DNA of 60,857 nt from Desulfobacterales bacterium (GTDB lineage: Bacteria; Desulfobacterota; Desulfobacteria; Desulfobacterales; UBA2156). Position 1 is the stretch's first letter. Each line of letters begins with the position of its first letter. Of this stretch, positions 25,603 through 35,191 are shown piece after piece. The stretch is taken from positions 1 to 60,857 of the forward strand of contig JALVQN010000217.1 of assembly GCA_027025555.1 (NCBI GenBank), read 5' to 3'. The notes beneath the pieces are model-generated. The model was not told the DNA's origin. It saw only the letters and a program-made list of their open reading frames with translations, and did no database searches. Both the position numbers and the translations under genes were made by a program.

Positions 25603-28600
25603 TTAGACCTTCTTGAACCGGGCGACGATCTGCTCGCCGATCTTTTCCGCCGACCTTCCAAAGAGTTCTTCCAGGGCCACACCGTCCAGATAGGCGTCTT
25701 CCCAGGTCAGGCTGTTTTCCTGGACAATATTTTTGATTCGCTCATATTTGCCGCCCAGGGCCTTGATCTTGTCCGGCAGCGGTACCGCCTTTTTGAAAGA
25801 GACATCCAAAAGAAGGAGGTATTCCATGAAGTTCGGGCGATCCCCGGTCCCGGAAATGATGGGAATGATCAGGATGTTGCGATTGTCTTTCCGCCCCTTG
25901 CCGATGTAGACATTGCCTTCCCGGACGATGATGTGCTTGGTCCCTTTGAGGGTGCGGTCTTTTTCCACCCGGGAAGGAATCGCCGTGGAAGTGCCTTTTT
26001 TGCTGATCAACTCGATGGTGGTGCCATCCGTGGGCTCGCCCAAGATGTTCAGCCCGTGAACGCGGTACAGGGTCGAGCCCTTGATTTGTTCAATGACCGC
26101 GTGCAGATTTTTCAATACCAGAACGTTTCTGTTGGTGATCTGAGAGATGTTGAAGCCTTGGGAGAAGAGAGCCTCGAAGAGGATGCCCTCCACCTTTTCG
26201 GGGATCCGGCTGGTCCCCACGGTCACGGTTTTGGCTTGATGCTTGATGGCATCCACGGGCCGGGCCATCTGATTGATGGACTCGCCGAGGTGATGGAACA
26301 AGGCGCGCAGCATGTTGGAGGGCGTGCCCTTGACCCCGAAGTCGAGTTCAAAGTCTGTCACCGGGAGCCTTCCGGAGAGGTATTTCAGTAAAAGGGGAAG
26401 GTCCGAGGCGGTATCGAACCCGATGATGCTGGGAAGACGGTGCTGGGCTTTCTTCTTGCGGAAGGTTTGGTAAAAAGAAGCAATCTTTTCCCTGAAACCC
26501 TTCTCCAGGACCAGTTCGTAGACGTCGAGCCCCTTTGCCAGGTGCGTGTCGATGGTCTCTTGGAGTGTCTTTCGGAAGTCAAAAAAGAATCGGGAGCCTT
26601 CGTGGATGGCCAAGGCAGCGTAATAGCCCCAGATGTGTCCCACCAGGGTGTTCAACAGGGGGGAAAGGTGCTGTCCCACTGTGGGCACGTGGAAGACATC
26701 AGCGGCGTACGGGCCGAACCGATGATCCCCTTCGTCGGCGATCACGATGGGCGTCGCCTTGTGGGCATGGAAGATGGCCGTGTCCTTGACGATGTCGCCG
26801 ATGACCGTGCTTTTGGTGCCGGCGGCGCATACGATGATCAGGGGCTCGGAAGAAAGGTCGATGTGTTTTTTATCTTCCACGTAGTCTGAGGAGATGGTCT
26901 TGTAGCACAATTCGCTCAATTTGATCCGGATCTCGTCCGCGGCGATCTTGTTGGGGCCGCTTCCCACCGCGGCCCAATAGGTTTTGGAAGGGGCCAGGCG
27001 CCTGGCCGAAGCAGCGATTTTGTCCTGCATTGAAAGAATGGCTTCCATGTGCTCCGGGAGCTGGAGCAGGGCCTGGATTTCCCTGGAAACAAAGGCCGCA
27101 TCCCGCCGCTTTTTCAATACCGCGATATGCAACCCCAAGAGGGCCCCGGCCACGATCTGGGAATAGAAGGCCTTGGTGGAGGCCACGGACATCTCAATGT
27201 CCCGGCCGCTGCTGGTGTAAAGGACGCCGTCCGTCTTGAAGGTGATATCCGAATCCCTTCGGTTCACAATGGCCAGGGTGTGGGCGCCCCTTTCCCGGAC
27301 CATATCCACGGTCCTGTTGGTATCGGTGGTGGTCCCGGATTGGGTGATGGCCACCACCAGGGTATCGGCCATGTCGGTCTTTCCGGCGTCTTCTTCAAGG
27401 CCGAAGCCGCTCAACTCGGAGGCCTTCAGCGCGCTGACCTGGAACCCGGAGCCGTTTAAGTAGAAATTCAGGATTTCGGCGCAGGCGCAGGCGGCGACCC
27501 CGGCCGTGCCCTGGCCGATGAAAAAGATCCGCCGGATTCGGTCCTCGATGAAGGCCTGGTGCAAGGAGGGGGGGAAGGCCTTTTCTTCCAATCTTACGCC
27601 GTAACGCCGGTGATCCCCGCCTTCTTTTTGGTACCATCGATTCCGGAGGGTGTATTTCACCGATCGCGGGGATTCGGAGATTTCCTTTAAAAAGTAATGG
27701 GGAAAGCCCTGGCGGTCGATGTCCCGTGACGTGATGGCGGTGGTTTTGATGTCGCTTTCCTGGAGGGCCACGGGAGAACCGTCATAGCCCATGGCTTCAA
27801 TGCCGGAAAGCCCGCCGTTTCCGGACTGGTGGAGGATGAAGATCTGCCCCTGGGGTTTCCCGTTTTTCCCGGATTGTCCGTTTTCACCTTCTATTTTGAC
27901 ATAATGGGGGGTTTCCTCCACGAATCCGTACACCTCGGAGGTGGGAATATAGTGATCCGGCGCGATTCCCACGAAGAGGGCCTGTCCGCTTCCTTTCTGG
28001 GCCAGGAAGAGCTTTCCCGGCGCCAGATCCGTGTGCATGGCGATGGCGTGGGACCCTTCAAAGTCGTTGACGGCCCTTCGGAACGCTTCTGGGACGTCGA
28101 ATCCCTCCTTGAGGTACTTTTCAATCTGAAGCGGGATGATTTTGGTGTCCGTGGTGACGTCGGGATGGATGCGGATACCCCTTTCGTCGAATCGCTGTTT
28201 CAACTCCAGGTAATTGTCGATGTCCCCGTTTAAGCAGACGTGAATGATGCCCGATGGCCTCTGGCGCCGGGCATCGCGGCAATCATTGTCCACGGGATGA
28301 CAGTTGGCCTCCGTGATCGCCCCCACGGAAGCCCAACGGGTGTGGGACAGGATGCTGTAGTGTCGGACAAGGCCATGGATCAGGGTAAAGAGGATGGGAT
28401 CGTTTCGGATTTCATCCCTCAAAAAGCGCACGTTGTCTCCCAGGCTCCCGATTTCAGAGGCGATCTTGTAGGTCAATGTCACACAGAAAAGGGGCGTGTG
28501 GGTTTCATCCAGGGTTTCACGGCAATCGATGCACCCGTTTGCCAGGTATTCTTTTTCCTGACGCTTTAAAAACGCCTCTTTCAATCCCCGGGCATCCAGG

Positions 28601-29361
28601 GTTTTCGAGAAATCCGAAAAGACCGGTTTTTCGAGAAGGATCATGATGGAGATGCCCGCGGAATCCCGGCCCCGGACTTCGAGTCGGTCGATGCTGTTGA
28701 GCACGGCATTGATCTTCTTAGCCACGAGGATGGCATGAAAGGGGCACTCCTTTTCTTTGTTGTTTAACAGGGTCTTCACCTTGGCCACGTTTTCGCCCAC
28801 CTCTGAAAGCAGAGACCAGGAGACATCTTTCAAAGCTTCAATCGTCTCCACGGCATATTCCACGGCCGCGGGTTTCAAAGTGCCCATATTCCCGGCGAGC
28901 CAGGCGTCTTCGGATGCCGCAAAGTCGGCGATCTTGCGGCCAAGGGCCGTCACCTGCCGGTGCAGCCGGGGGTCCCTGAGGATGGAACAAAAAGGCGCGT
29001 CTTGTTTCAGGGTTCCGACTGCCTTGGTCAGTTGCTTCCGCAGGTTCTCGGCATCACGGCGCGGGGCCGCCTTTTGAACCTGGGTGGAAAGCGGATGGGA
29101 CCGGATGCGGGCAAAGAGATTTTCCATGGCCTTGATATCCGGGTCGCTTTCGGCTTTCCTTTTGGGGACAAAGGACACGATGCCCGAAATGCCGCAACAC
29201 AGGCGGTTTGGATCCACGGGAAAAAAGACAAGGGCATTGCCGGGCACCCGGGACACGTTTTTTGCGAAAAAGATGCGTATCTCAAAAGAGCCTTCAAGCC
29301 ACCCGGCCAGGCAACGCATCACGGTCCGTGCCTTTTTTTCAAAAAAATGCAAAATCTTCAT
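25603..29361 (-). CDS. Giant GlmS-like glutamine amidotransferase/SIS protein (~1252 aa)
   Basis: CGISG, LEVRGRDSAG, SHTRWAS, NCHP, LNGDIDNY, TDT, KEISE, QSGTTTDT, SVASTKAF, KLSE, KKH and AKTVTV all map to GlmS motifs, with insertions and N/C extensions. Start uncertain (29361 or 29319). Confidence 0.8.
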   Translation of the reverse strand: MKILHFFEKKARTVMRCLAGWLEGSFEIRIFFAKNVSRVPGNALVFFPVDPNRLCCGISGIVSFVPKRKAESDPDIKAMENLFARIRSHPLSTQVQKAAPRRDAENLRKQLTKAVGTLKQDAPFCSILRDPRLHRQVTALGRKIADFAASEDAWLAGNMGTLKPAAVEYAVETIEALKDVSWSLLSEVGENVAKVKTLLNNKEKECPFHAILVAKKINAVLNSIDRLEVRGRDSAGISIMILLEKPVFSDFSKTLDARGLKEAFLKRQEKEYLANGCIDCRETLDETHTPLFCVTLTYKIASEIGSLGDNVRFLRDEIRNDPILFTLIHGLVRHYSILSHTRWASVGAITEANCHPVDNDCRDARRQRPSGIIHVCLNGDIDNYLELKQRFDERGIRIHPDVTTDTKIIPLQIEKYLKEGFDVPEAFRRAVNDFEGSHAIAMHTDLAPGKLFLAQKGSGQALFVGIAPDHYIPTSEVYGFVEETPHYVKIEGENGQSGKNGKPQGQIFILHQSGNGGLSGIEAMGYDGSPVALQESDIKTTAITSRDIDRQGFPHYFLKEISESPRSVKYTLRNRWYQKEGGDHRRYGVRLEEKAFPPSLHQAFIEDRIRRIFFIGQGTAGVAACACAEILNFYLNGSGFQVSALKASELSGFGLEEDAGKTDMADTLVVAITQSGTTTDTNRTVDMVRERGAHTLAIVNRRDSDITFKTDGVLYTSSGRDIEMSVASTKAFYSQIVAGALLGLHIAVLKKRRDAAFVSREIQALLQLPEHMEAILSMQDKIAASARRLAPSKTYWAAVGSGPNKIAADEIRIKLSELCYKTISSDYVEDKKHIDLSSEPLIIVCAAGTKSTVIGDIVKDTAIFHAHKATPIVIADEGDHRFGPYAADVFHVPTVGQHLSPLLNTLVGHIWGYYAALAIHEGSRFFFDFRKTLQETIDTHLAKGLDVYELVLEKGFREKIASFYQTFRKKKAQHRLPSIIGFDTASDLPLLLKYLSGRLPVTDFELDFGVKGTPSNMLRALFHHLGESINQMARPVDAIKHQAKTVTVGTSRIPEKVEGILFEALFSQGFNISQITNRNVLVLKNLHAVIEQIKGSTLYRVHGLNILGEPTDGTTIELISKKGTSTAIPSRVEKDRTLKGTKHIIVREGNVYIGKGRKDNRNILIIPIISGTGDRPNFMEYLLLLDVSFKKAVPLPDKIKALGGKYERIKNIVQENSLTWEDAYLDGVALEELFGRSAEKIGEQIVARFKKV

Positions 29362-29369
29362 TGTTGAAT

Positions 29370-30437
29370 TCACATGCGCAAATAGAGGTCTTTGATCCGA
29401 TCCCGGGTCATGATCCTTTTCCAGTCTTTTCCCAGGGCATTTTCCCAAAGTGGATCCAGCGTCAAGGAGACATCCACCATCTTTTCCAGCTTTTCATCCT
29501 CGATTCCCGCGACTTGACCCTTTGGCAGGGCAATCCCGTTTGTGTCCATCATTTGCCTGAATTGGCGGACCCCTTCGGGATAGAATTCTTCCAGCTGATT
29601 GAAAACGATGGAGTTGCCGATGCCGTGATGGATGCCCAGGATGAAAGAAAGGCCGTAGGAAAGGGCATGGCACACCCCCACCTGGGAATAGACGATGCTC
29701 ATCCCCCCGAAGTAAGAGGCCATCATCAGCTTTTCATCGGCGTCGGAGGCGGCCTGTAAAAAGACTTCCAGACACAGGTCCAGGGCCTTTTCGCCGAAGG
29801 CCCTGCTGAACGCATTCAGGTACGTTCCGGACAGGGACTCCACGCAATGGATGAAACAATCCATGCCCGTGTAAAACCGCTGGTCCGCGGGCGCCGATGC
29901 CGTCAGGTCCGGGTCGAGGAGAATCTGGTCGAATACGGTGTGGTCCGAGTTGATGCCCAGTTTCCTCTCCGGCCCGATCAGGACGGTTGTCCGGGACACT
30001 TCGGCGCCGGTTCCCGAAAGGGTGGGGACGCCCACATGATAGACGGCAGGCCTTTGAATGAGGTCCCAGCCTTGATAATCGGATGCCGAACCCGGGTTGG
30101 TCAGCATCAATGAGACCGCTTTCGCCAGGTCCATGGTGCTTCCCCCCCCGATGCCGACCACGGCGGTGGGAAGCCTTTTTGAAAACCGTCGCACCCTTGC
30201 GGTCAAATCGTCCACGTGGGCGGTGGTGGGTTCTTCATCCACGTTGACCCAGAGCATAAGGTCCGTTTCTTTTTGGGGGATCCGGCGCGCCAAAGGAGTG
30301 TCCTTGAAGACATCATCCACCAAAAAGGCCATGAATGCCCCGTTTTCCCTGCGTGCCTCCTGGAGGACATCCTCCAACCGATTGAAGCTCCCCCGGCCGA
30401 AGGCGATCCGGGGCACGGTTTTAAAGTTGCGAAACAT
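29370..30437 (-). CDS. kdnB: Kdo 8-oxidase KdnB (iron-containing alcohol dehydrogenase family)
   Basis: FRNFK..FGRGSF, VNVDEEPTT, GGGSTMDLAKAVSLMLTNPGS..YQGWDL, YTGMDCFIHCVESL, SQVGVCHALSYG..HHG closely resemble Shewanella KdnB as recalled. Adjacent to kdnA. Confidence 0.8.
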   Translation of the reverse strand: MFRNFKTVPRIAFGRGSFNRLEDVLQEARRENGAFMAFLVDDVFKDTPLARRIPQKETDLMLWVNVDEEPTTAHVDDLTARVRRFSKRLPTAVVGIGGGSTMDLAKAVSLMLTNPGSASDYQGWDLIQRPAVYHVGVPTLSGTGAEVSRTTVLIGPERKLGINSDHTVFDQILLDPDLTASAPADQRFYTGMDCFIHCVESLSGTYLNAFSRAFGEKALDLCLEVFLQAASDADEKLMMASYFGGMSIVYSQVGVCHALSYGLSFILGIHHGIGNSIVFNQLEEFYPEGVRQFRQMMDTNGIALPKGQVAGIEDEKLEKMVDVSLTLDPLWENALGKDWKRIMTRDRIKDLYLRM

Positions 30438-30541
30438 GCGTTTTTATTCCTTTCCTTCTCGATTCGAGCTGAGATGCAGCATCCTTTTCAAATTCTCTTC
30501 CCGGTGCCGGGCGGAATCTCCTTGGAGCAAGACGTGTGGGC

Positions 30542-31732
30542 TTAAACCTGGGAAAAGACTTCGGCCATCAGATCCATTCTCTTTTTAAGATCGTCATCCG
30601 ACCAGGAGAGTTTGATCAGCATGGATATGGTCCGGCCCATGATGCGGTCCGATTGGGGGAGGCGGAGCCCTTGGTAGTCCGGACGGGGGGCCGACAGCAT
30701 GATGGGGAGTCTTGCCGGGGATCGGAGCCCCTTGAGGTGATCCCACTGACGGTGGTAATGCCAATTGTTGTCATACCAATAAAAGCAGCTGTCCACGCCT
30801 TTTCTGCTCAGTGCCGCGGCGGTTGTTCGGGCGCTGGTTTCATCCGGAAGAAAAAAGGAGAAGAAGGTGGCTGAATCACCGGCCTCGTCCGGGATCCGCC
30901 TGGGGGTGATTTTGGGAAAGGCCCGAAGCATGTCCATGAGCTTGCCCTTGTGGGCACGCTGGGTCTTTAGAAAGGCATCCAGCTTTCTCAACTGGGCCAG
31001 ACCCACGGCGGCGTTGAGCTCACTGATACGAAAGTTGGTTCCCATGATCGGATGCCCCTCGAGGCCCCGGTCGCCGCCCCTATGATCGTGGCCGTGGTCG
31101 GCATACCTTGCCGCGGTCAGATACCGGTTTTCATCGTCGCAGACCACGGCGCCGCCTTCACCGCAGGTGAGGGTTTTCACCGGATCGAAGGAGAAACACC
31201 CCATGTGACCGAAGGTCCCCAGGGCCTTGCCATGAAATGTGGCGCCCATGGCCTGGCAAGCGTCTTCGATGAGAATCACCTCATGTTCCCGACACAGGGC
31301 TGCGATCTCGTCGATTCGGGCCATGGCCCCACACATGTGGACCACGAGAACCGCCTTGGTGCGGGGGGAAAGGACGTGCTTCAGGGCATCCGGATCCATG
31401 CAGAGGGTTTCATCAATTTCGGTAAAAACCGGGATCGCCCCTGCAAGCAGGACCGCCTCGATGGTGGCCACGAAGGTAAAAGGCGGGACGATGACCTCAT
31501 CCCCTGCACCGATGCCGCAAGCCGCCAGGGCAATGCTGAGGGCGGCGGTACCGCTGGAACACAGATGGCAATATTGAACCCCCAAACGGGCGGAGAGCGC
31601 CTTCTCGAACTCGAGGGCTTTCCAGCGCCCCTTTCTGGCTGCATCGAATCCGTATCGAAACAAGACACCGGTCTCAAGAACCTCCTGGACTTCTTTTCGT
31701 TCTGCATCGTCGAATCGTTCAAATCCGGGCAT
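30542..31732 (-). CDS. kdnA: 8-amino-3,8-dideoxy-manno-octulosonate transaminase KdnA (DegT/DnrJ PLP family)
   Basis: MPGFE..E.KEV..V.E.G..FRY.FD, SSGTAAL, IEDACQ, SFDPVKTLTCGEGG, DHGHDH, FYWYDNNWHY. AAGGAG RBS. Confidence 0.8.
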   Translation of the reverse strand: MPGFERFDDAERKEVQEVLETGVLFRYGFDAARKGRWKALEFEKALSARLGVQYCHLCSSGTAALSIALAACGIGAGDEVIVPPFTFVATIEAVLLAGAIPVFTEIDETLCMDPDALKHVLSPRTKAVLVVHMCGAMARIDEIAALCREHEVILIEDACQAMGATFHGKALGTFGHMGCFSFDPVKTLTCGEGGAVVCDDENRYLTAARYADHGHDHRGGDRGLEGHPIMGTNFRISELNAAVGLAQLRKLDAFLKTQRAHKGKLMDMLRAFPKITPRRIPDEAGDSATFFSFFLPDETSARTTAAALSRKGVDSCFYWYDNNWHYHRQWDHLKGLRSPARLPIMLSAPRPDYQGLRLPQSDRIMGRTISMLIKLSWSDDDLKKRMDLMAEVFSQV

Positions 31733-31788
31733 GTCCAATCTCCTTGCAATCTTCCATGAAGGATCCGGGGGATCCCCGTCTCCGGGCT

Positions 31789-33264
31789 TCAGGAGCGCCG
31801 TTTTTCTCCCCCGGCCACCGATTTTCCCTCGAAGTAGGCCTTAAAGTACGCCTTGATGGCCAGCCGGGCATAGGACCCGGCCCTTGGTCCGAGTTTTTCA
31901 CCGTGAACCACCAAAACGGAAACGGCCACATTCTTGATGCCTTTTTTTTCTTTGGCAAATCCAATGAACCAGTCATATTTGGAGGTGTGCTCCCGGTTGG
32001 AGATGGAGCCGGTTTTCCCCCCGATGATCAGTTTTGAGAGCACTTTGTCGCGTCGGTATCCCCTGAAAGCTCTCCGCAAGGTGCCGGAGCGGACCGTGGC
32101 CTGCATGAGATCCGAAAGTACGGAAACCGTCCTTGGAGAAAGCACCCGGCGGATGGGAAAGGCGCGCCTGCGGTACACCTTTTCATGGGATTCGTTGGTG
32201 ATGGCGTCGATGAAGATCGGTGCCATGAACCGCCCGCCGTTGGCGATAACCGAGGCAATGAGAGCCCCATGGAGGGGGGACAGGGTCGTCTCTCGGTTGA
32301 AACCGCTGGCGATCTCCGCCAGATGATACGGTTTATCGGAGACAAAAAGGCGGCTTCGGGAGCGGCCCAGCACGCATTGAATGCCTTCACCGAACCCGAA
32401 TGCCCGGGCGTACTTTTCGATCTGGGACATGCTCAGATAGTGGACCCCCAACTTTCCGAATACGGGATTGATGGACTGGGCGAATGAATCCCGAAGGGTG
32501 ATGCGGCGCGTGTATTTGTTCCTTTTGTTTTTCAGCTGGGACTTGTACAGGGTATGCTTCCGGCCGTTGTAGTAAAGGGGTGTTGACGGTGTAAATCCGT
32601 GTTTTTCCACCACCGCAGAGACGGTAACGATTTTAAAGAGGCTCGCCGCCGGAAAGTCCCTCAGCCAAAGCGGGATATCCCCGCCGGGGTGCCCATCGTA
32701 TCCCGCCAGGGCCAGGACGCGGCCGGTGAAAGGATCCATGAGGACGACGGCGATCTGCTTGGAATACCTCCGGTCCAATTGGGCGTTCAAATACGCTTGC
32801 AGGGAAGCATCCAGCGTGGTTTTCACGAAATAGCGCTTCCCGTCTTTGTAAATGGGCCATTCGACTTTCGTTTCTTGGAGAAAAAGCGAAGGGTCCACCA
32901 ACGCCGTCCATGGGTTTTGGATGTCCGTCGGTTCCGCTCCTTGACTTTTCGGGGAGGGACTCGGGCTTGGAGGGTCAAAGGCCGTCGGCATGGGCCGGGG
33001 AGGATTTGCCGGAAAACTCCAGGACCCATCGCGCCCCACGGAAAATCCGTAAATGGAGGCGATCAGGATCAAAAGGGGCAGCGCGATGCAAAAGACTCTC
33101 CGGGACCATGTTTTGCGGGTTTTCTTCCGTTTTAACACCGCCTGATATTCCTGCCAGGTGCGTCGGGGCGCCTGCGATAAAAAGCGTTTTTCTTCAGAAG
33201 AATCGGGCTTCATGGATTTGAGTATCCGTTTTTGATGACCAGAAGGCCATGGTCGATGATCCAC
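31789..33264 (-). CDS. Penicillin-binding protein, transpeptidase domain
   Basis: One TM helix plus Pro-rich linker. SxxK (ASLFK), SxN (QSIN) and KTG motifs. Start uncertain. Confidence 0.85.
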   Translation of the reverse strand: MDHRPWPSGHQKRILKSMKPDSSEEKRFLSQAPRRTWQEYQAVLKRKKTRKTWSRRVFCIALPLLILIASIYGFSVGRDGSWSFPANPPRPMPTAFDPPSPSPSPKSQGAEPTDIQNPWTALVDPSLFLQETKVEWPIYKDGKRYFVKTTLDASLQAYLNAQLDRRYSKQIAVVLMDPFTGRVLALAGYDGHPGGDIPLWLRDFPAASLFKIVTVSAVVEKHGFTPSTPLYYNGRKHTLYKSQLKNKRNKYTRRITLRDSFAQSINPVFGKLGVHYLSMSQIEKYARAFGFGEGIQCVLGRSRSRLFVSDKPYHLAEIASGFNRETTLSPLHGALIASVIANGGRFMAPIFIDAITNESHEKVYRRRAFPIRRVLSPRTVSVLSDLMQATVRSGTLRRAFRGYRRDKVLSKLIIGGKTGSISNREHTSKYDWFIGFAKEKKGIKNVAVSVLVVHGEKLGPRAGSYARLAIKAYFKAYFEGKSVAGGEKRRS

Positions 33265-33265
33265 T

Positions 33266-35191
33266 TCAGGTTACGGAGGTTCCGGGTTTTACAGGTTGAT
33301 CCACGGTGAGCACCACGGGCTTTCCGCCGTCCACGGCGGCAAGCAGCATCCCTTGGGAAAGGACCCCCATGATTTTGGCCGGTTTCAAATTGGCTGCCAG
33401 GACGATCTGTTTCCCGGTAAGGTCTTGCGGTCGGTAATGTTGGGCGATGCCCGCCACAACGGTCCGTTTTTCTCCCATGTCCACCTCCAGTGCCAGCACC
33501 TTTTTGGCGCCGGGAATGGCTTCGGCCTTCAAAATGGTGGCGATGCGAAGGTCCAGTTTCTGGAGGATTTCCAGATCGATTTCGGGCTTGACGGGCTTCA
33601 AGGCTTCCCCATGAGGGGCGGCTTCGGCGCTTTCCGCCCGGGTTTTCTTCCATTCGATTCTCGGAAAAAGGGAGATCACCTTGGGAAGCGGGGTCCCGGG
33701 CCGGATCCTGCTGAAGGACCCCAGCCCATCCAGTTCAAAAAAGCGTTCACGGGGGTCCAGTCCCAGATGCTTCTGCATGGTTCGGGCCGTGTCGGGCATG
33801 ACCGGATAGATCAGGGCCGAGACGATGGCGAGCCCTTCCATGAGGTTGGAGAGGACGGCGGCAAGGAGATCGCGCTGGGAGGGCTCCTTTGCCAGCATCC
33901 ATGGGGCCGTGACATCGATATATTTGTTCATCTGGTTGATGAATTCCCACACCGACTCCAGGGCCTTCCGGAAGGCAAAGGATGCCATGGCTTGTTCGAA
34001 TTCAGAGATCGTTTCCCGGGCCGCTTTTTCAAGGTGGAATCCGGCTTTGTCCCTGGCCCCAGGAGCGGTTTCCGGGACGCGTCCCTTGAAGTATTTGTGG
34101 GTCATGGTGAGCGTTCTCGAAAAGAGGTTGCCCAGGTCGTTGGCCAGATCGGAATTGATGCGCGCCACCAGGGCTTCTTCGGAAAAGCTGGCATCGAGTC
34201 CGAAGACCATTTCGCGCATCAAAAAGTAGCGGCAGGCATCCAGGCCGTAAGACTGGATGAGCACCAGGGGATCCACCACGTTCTTCAGGCTTTTGGACAT
34301 TTTACTCTTGTCCACGTTCCAGTATCCATGGACATTGAGATGCTGATAGACCGGAATCCCGGCCGCCTTGAGCATGGTGGGCCAATAGATGCCGTGCGGC
34401 TTCAGGATATCCTTGGCAACGATGTGCTGGGCATGGGGCCAGAATTTCAAGAAGCGTTCGCCGGTTGGATATCCCAGGGCGGAGACATAGTTTAAAAGGG
34501 CATCGAACCACACATAGGTCACGAACCGGTCGTCAAAGGGCAGGGGGATGCCCCATTCCAACCGGGACTTGGGACGGGAGATGCAGAGATCTTCCAGGGG
34601 GTCTTTCAGGAACGCCAAGACCTCGTTCCGGTACCGGGACGGCCGGATAAAATCGGGGTGGGATTGAACATGGTCGATGAGCCATTCCTGGTACTTGCTC
34701 ATTTTGAAAAAATAGTTGGCTTCCTTGATCCTTTCGGGTTCTGTTTCATGATCGGGGCATTTCCCGTCTTCCAGTTCGTGTTCGGTATAAAAGCGTTCAC
34801 ACCCGAAACAGTAGAGCCCCTCGTATTCACTGAAGTAAATATCCCCGCGGTCGTAGATCTTTTGAAGGACATGCTTCACCACGGCCATGTGCCGGGGTTC
34901 CGTGGTCCGGATGAAATCGTTGTTGCGGACGTTGAGTCTGGGCAAAAGATCCCTGAAAAGGCCGCTGATCCTGTCCACATAGGTCCTGGGATTTTCTCCT
35001 TCTGCCTTGGCGGCCTGGACGACTTTGTCGCCGTGTTCATCCGTTCCGGTGAGCAGAAAGGTCTCTTGCCGCTTCATCTGATGGAACCGGCATAAGACGT
35101 CTGCCACAAGGCTGGTATAGGCATGTCCCAGATGGGGCCGGGCATTCACATAATAGATGGGCGTGGTGATGTAAAAGGGGTTGCGTGTCAA
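33266..35191 (-). CDS. metG: Methionyl-tRNA synthetase with C-terminal tRNA-binding domain
   Basis: FYITTPIYYVN, HLGH, GTDEHG, YVWFDAL, KMSKS, NLKPAK. TTG start at 35191 overlaps the upstream stop codon. Confidence 0.95.
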   Translation of the reverse strand: MTRNPFYITTPIYYVNARPHLGHAYTSLVADVLCRFHQMKRQETFLLTGTDEHGDKVVQAAKAEGENPRTYVDRISGLFRDLLPRLNVRNNDFIRTTEPRHMAVVKHVLQKIYDRGDIYFSEYEGLYCFGCERFYTEHELEDGKCPDHETEPERIKEANYFFKMSKYQEWLIDHVQSHPDFIRPSRYRNEVLAFLKDPLEDLCISRPKSRLEWGIPLPFDDRFVTYVWFDALLNYVSALGYPTGERFLKFWPHAQHIVAKDILKPHGIYWPTMLKAAGIPVYQHLNVHGYWNVDKSKMSKSLKNVVDPLVLIQSYGLDACRYFLMREMVFGLDASFSEEALVARINSDLANDLGNLFSRTLTMTHKYFKGRVPETAPGARDKAGFHLEKAARETISEFEQAMASFAFRKALESVWEFINQMNKYIDVTAPWMLAKEPSQRDLLAAVLSNLMEGLAIVSALIYPVMPDTARTMQKHLGLDPRERFFELDGLGSFSRIRPGTPLPKVISLFPRIEWKKTRAESAEAAPHGEALKPVKPEIDLEILQKLDLRIATILKAEAIPGAKKVLALEVDMGEKRTVVAGIAQHYRPQDLTGKQIVLAANLKPAKIMGVLSQGMLLAAVDGGKPVVLTVDQPVKPGTSVT

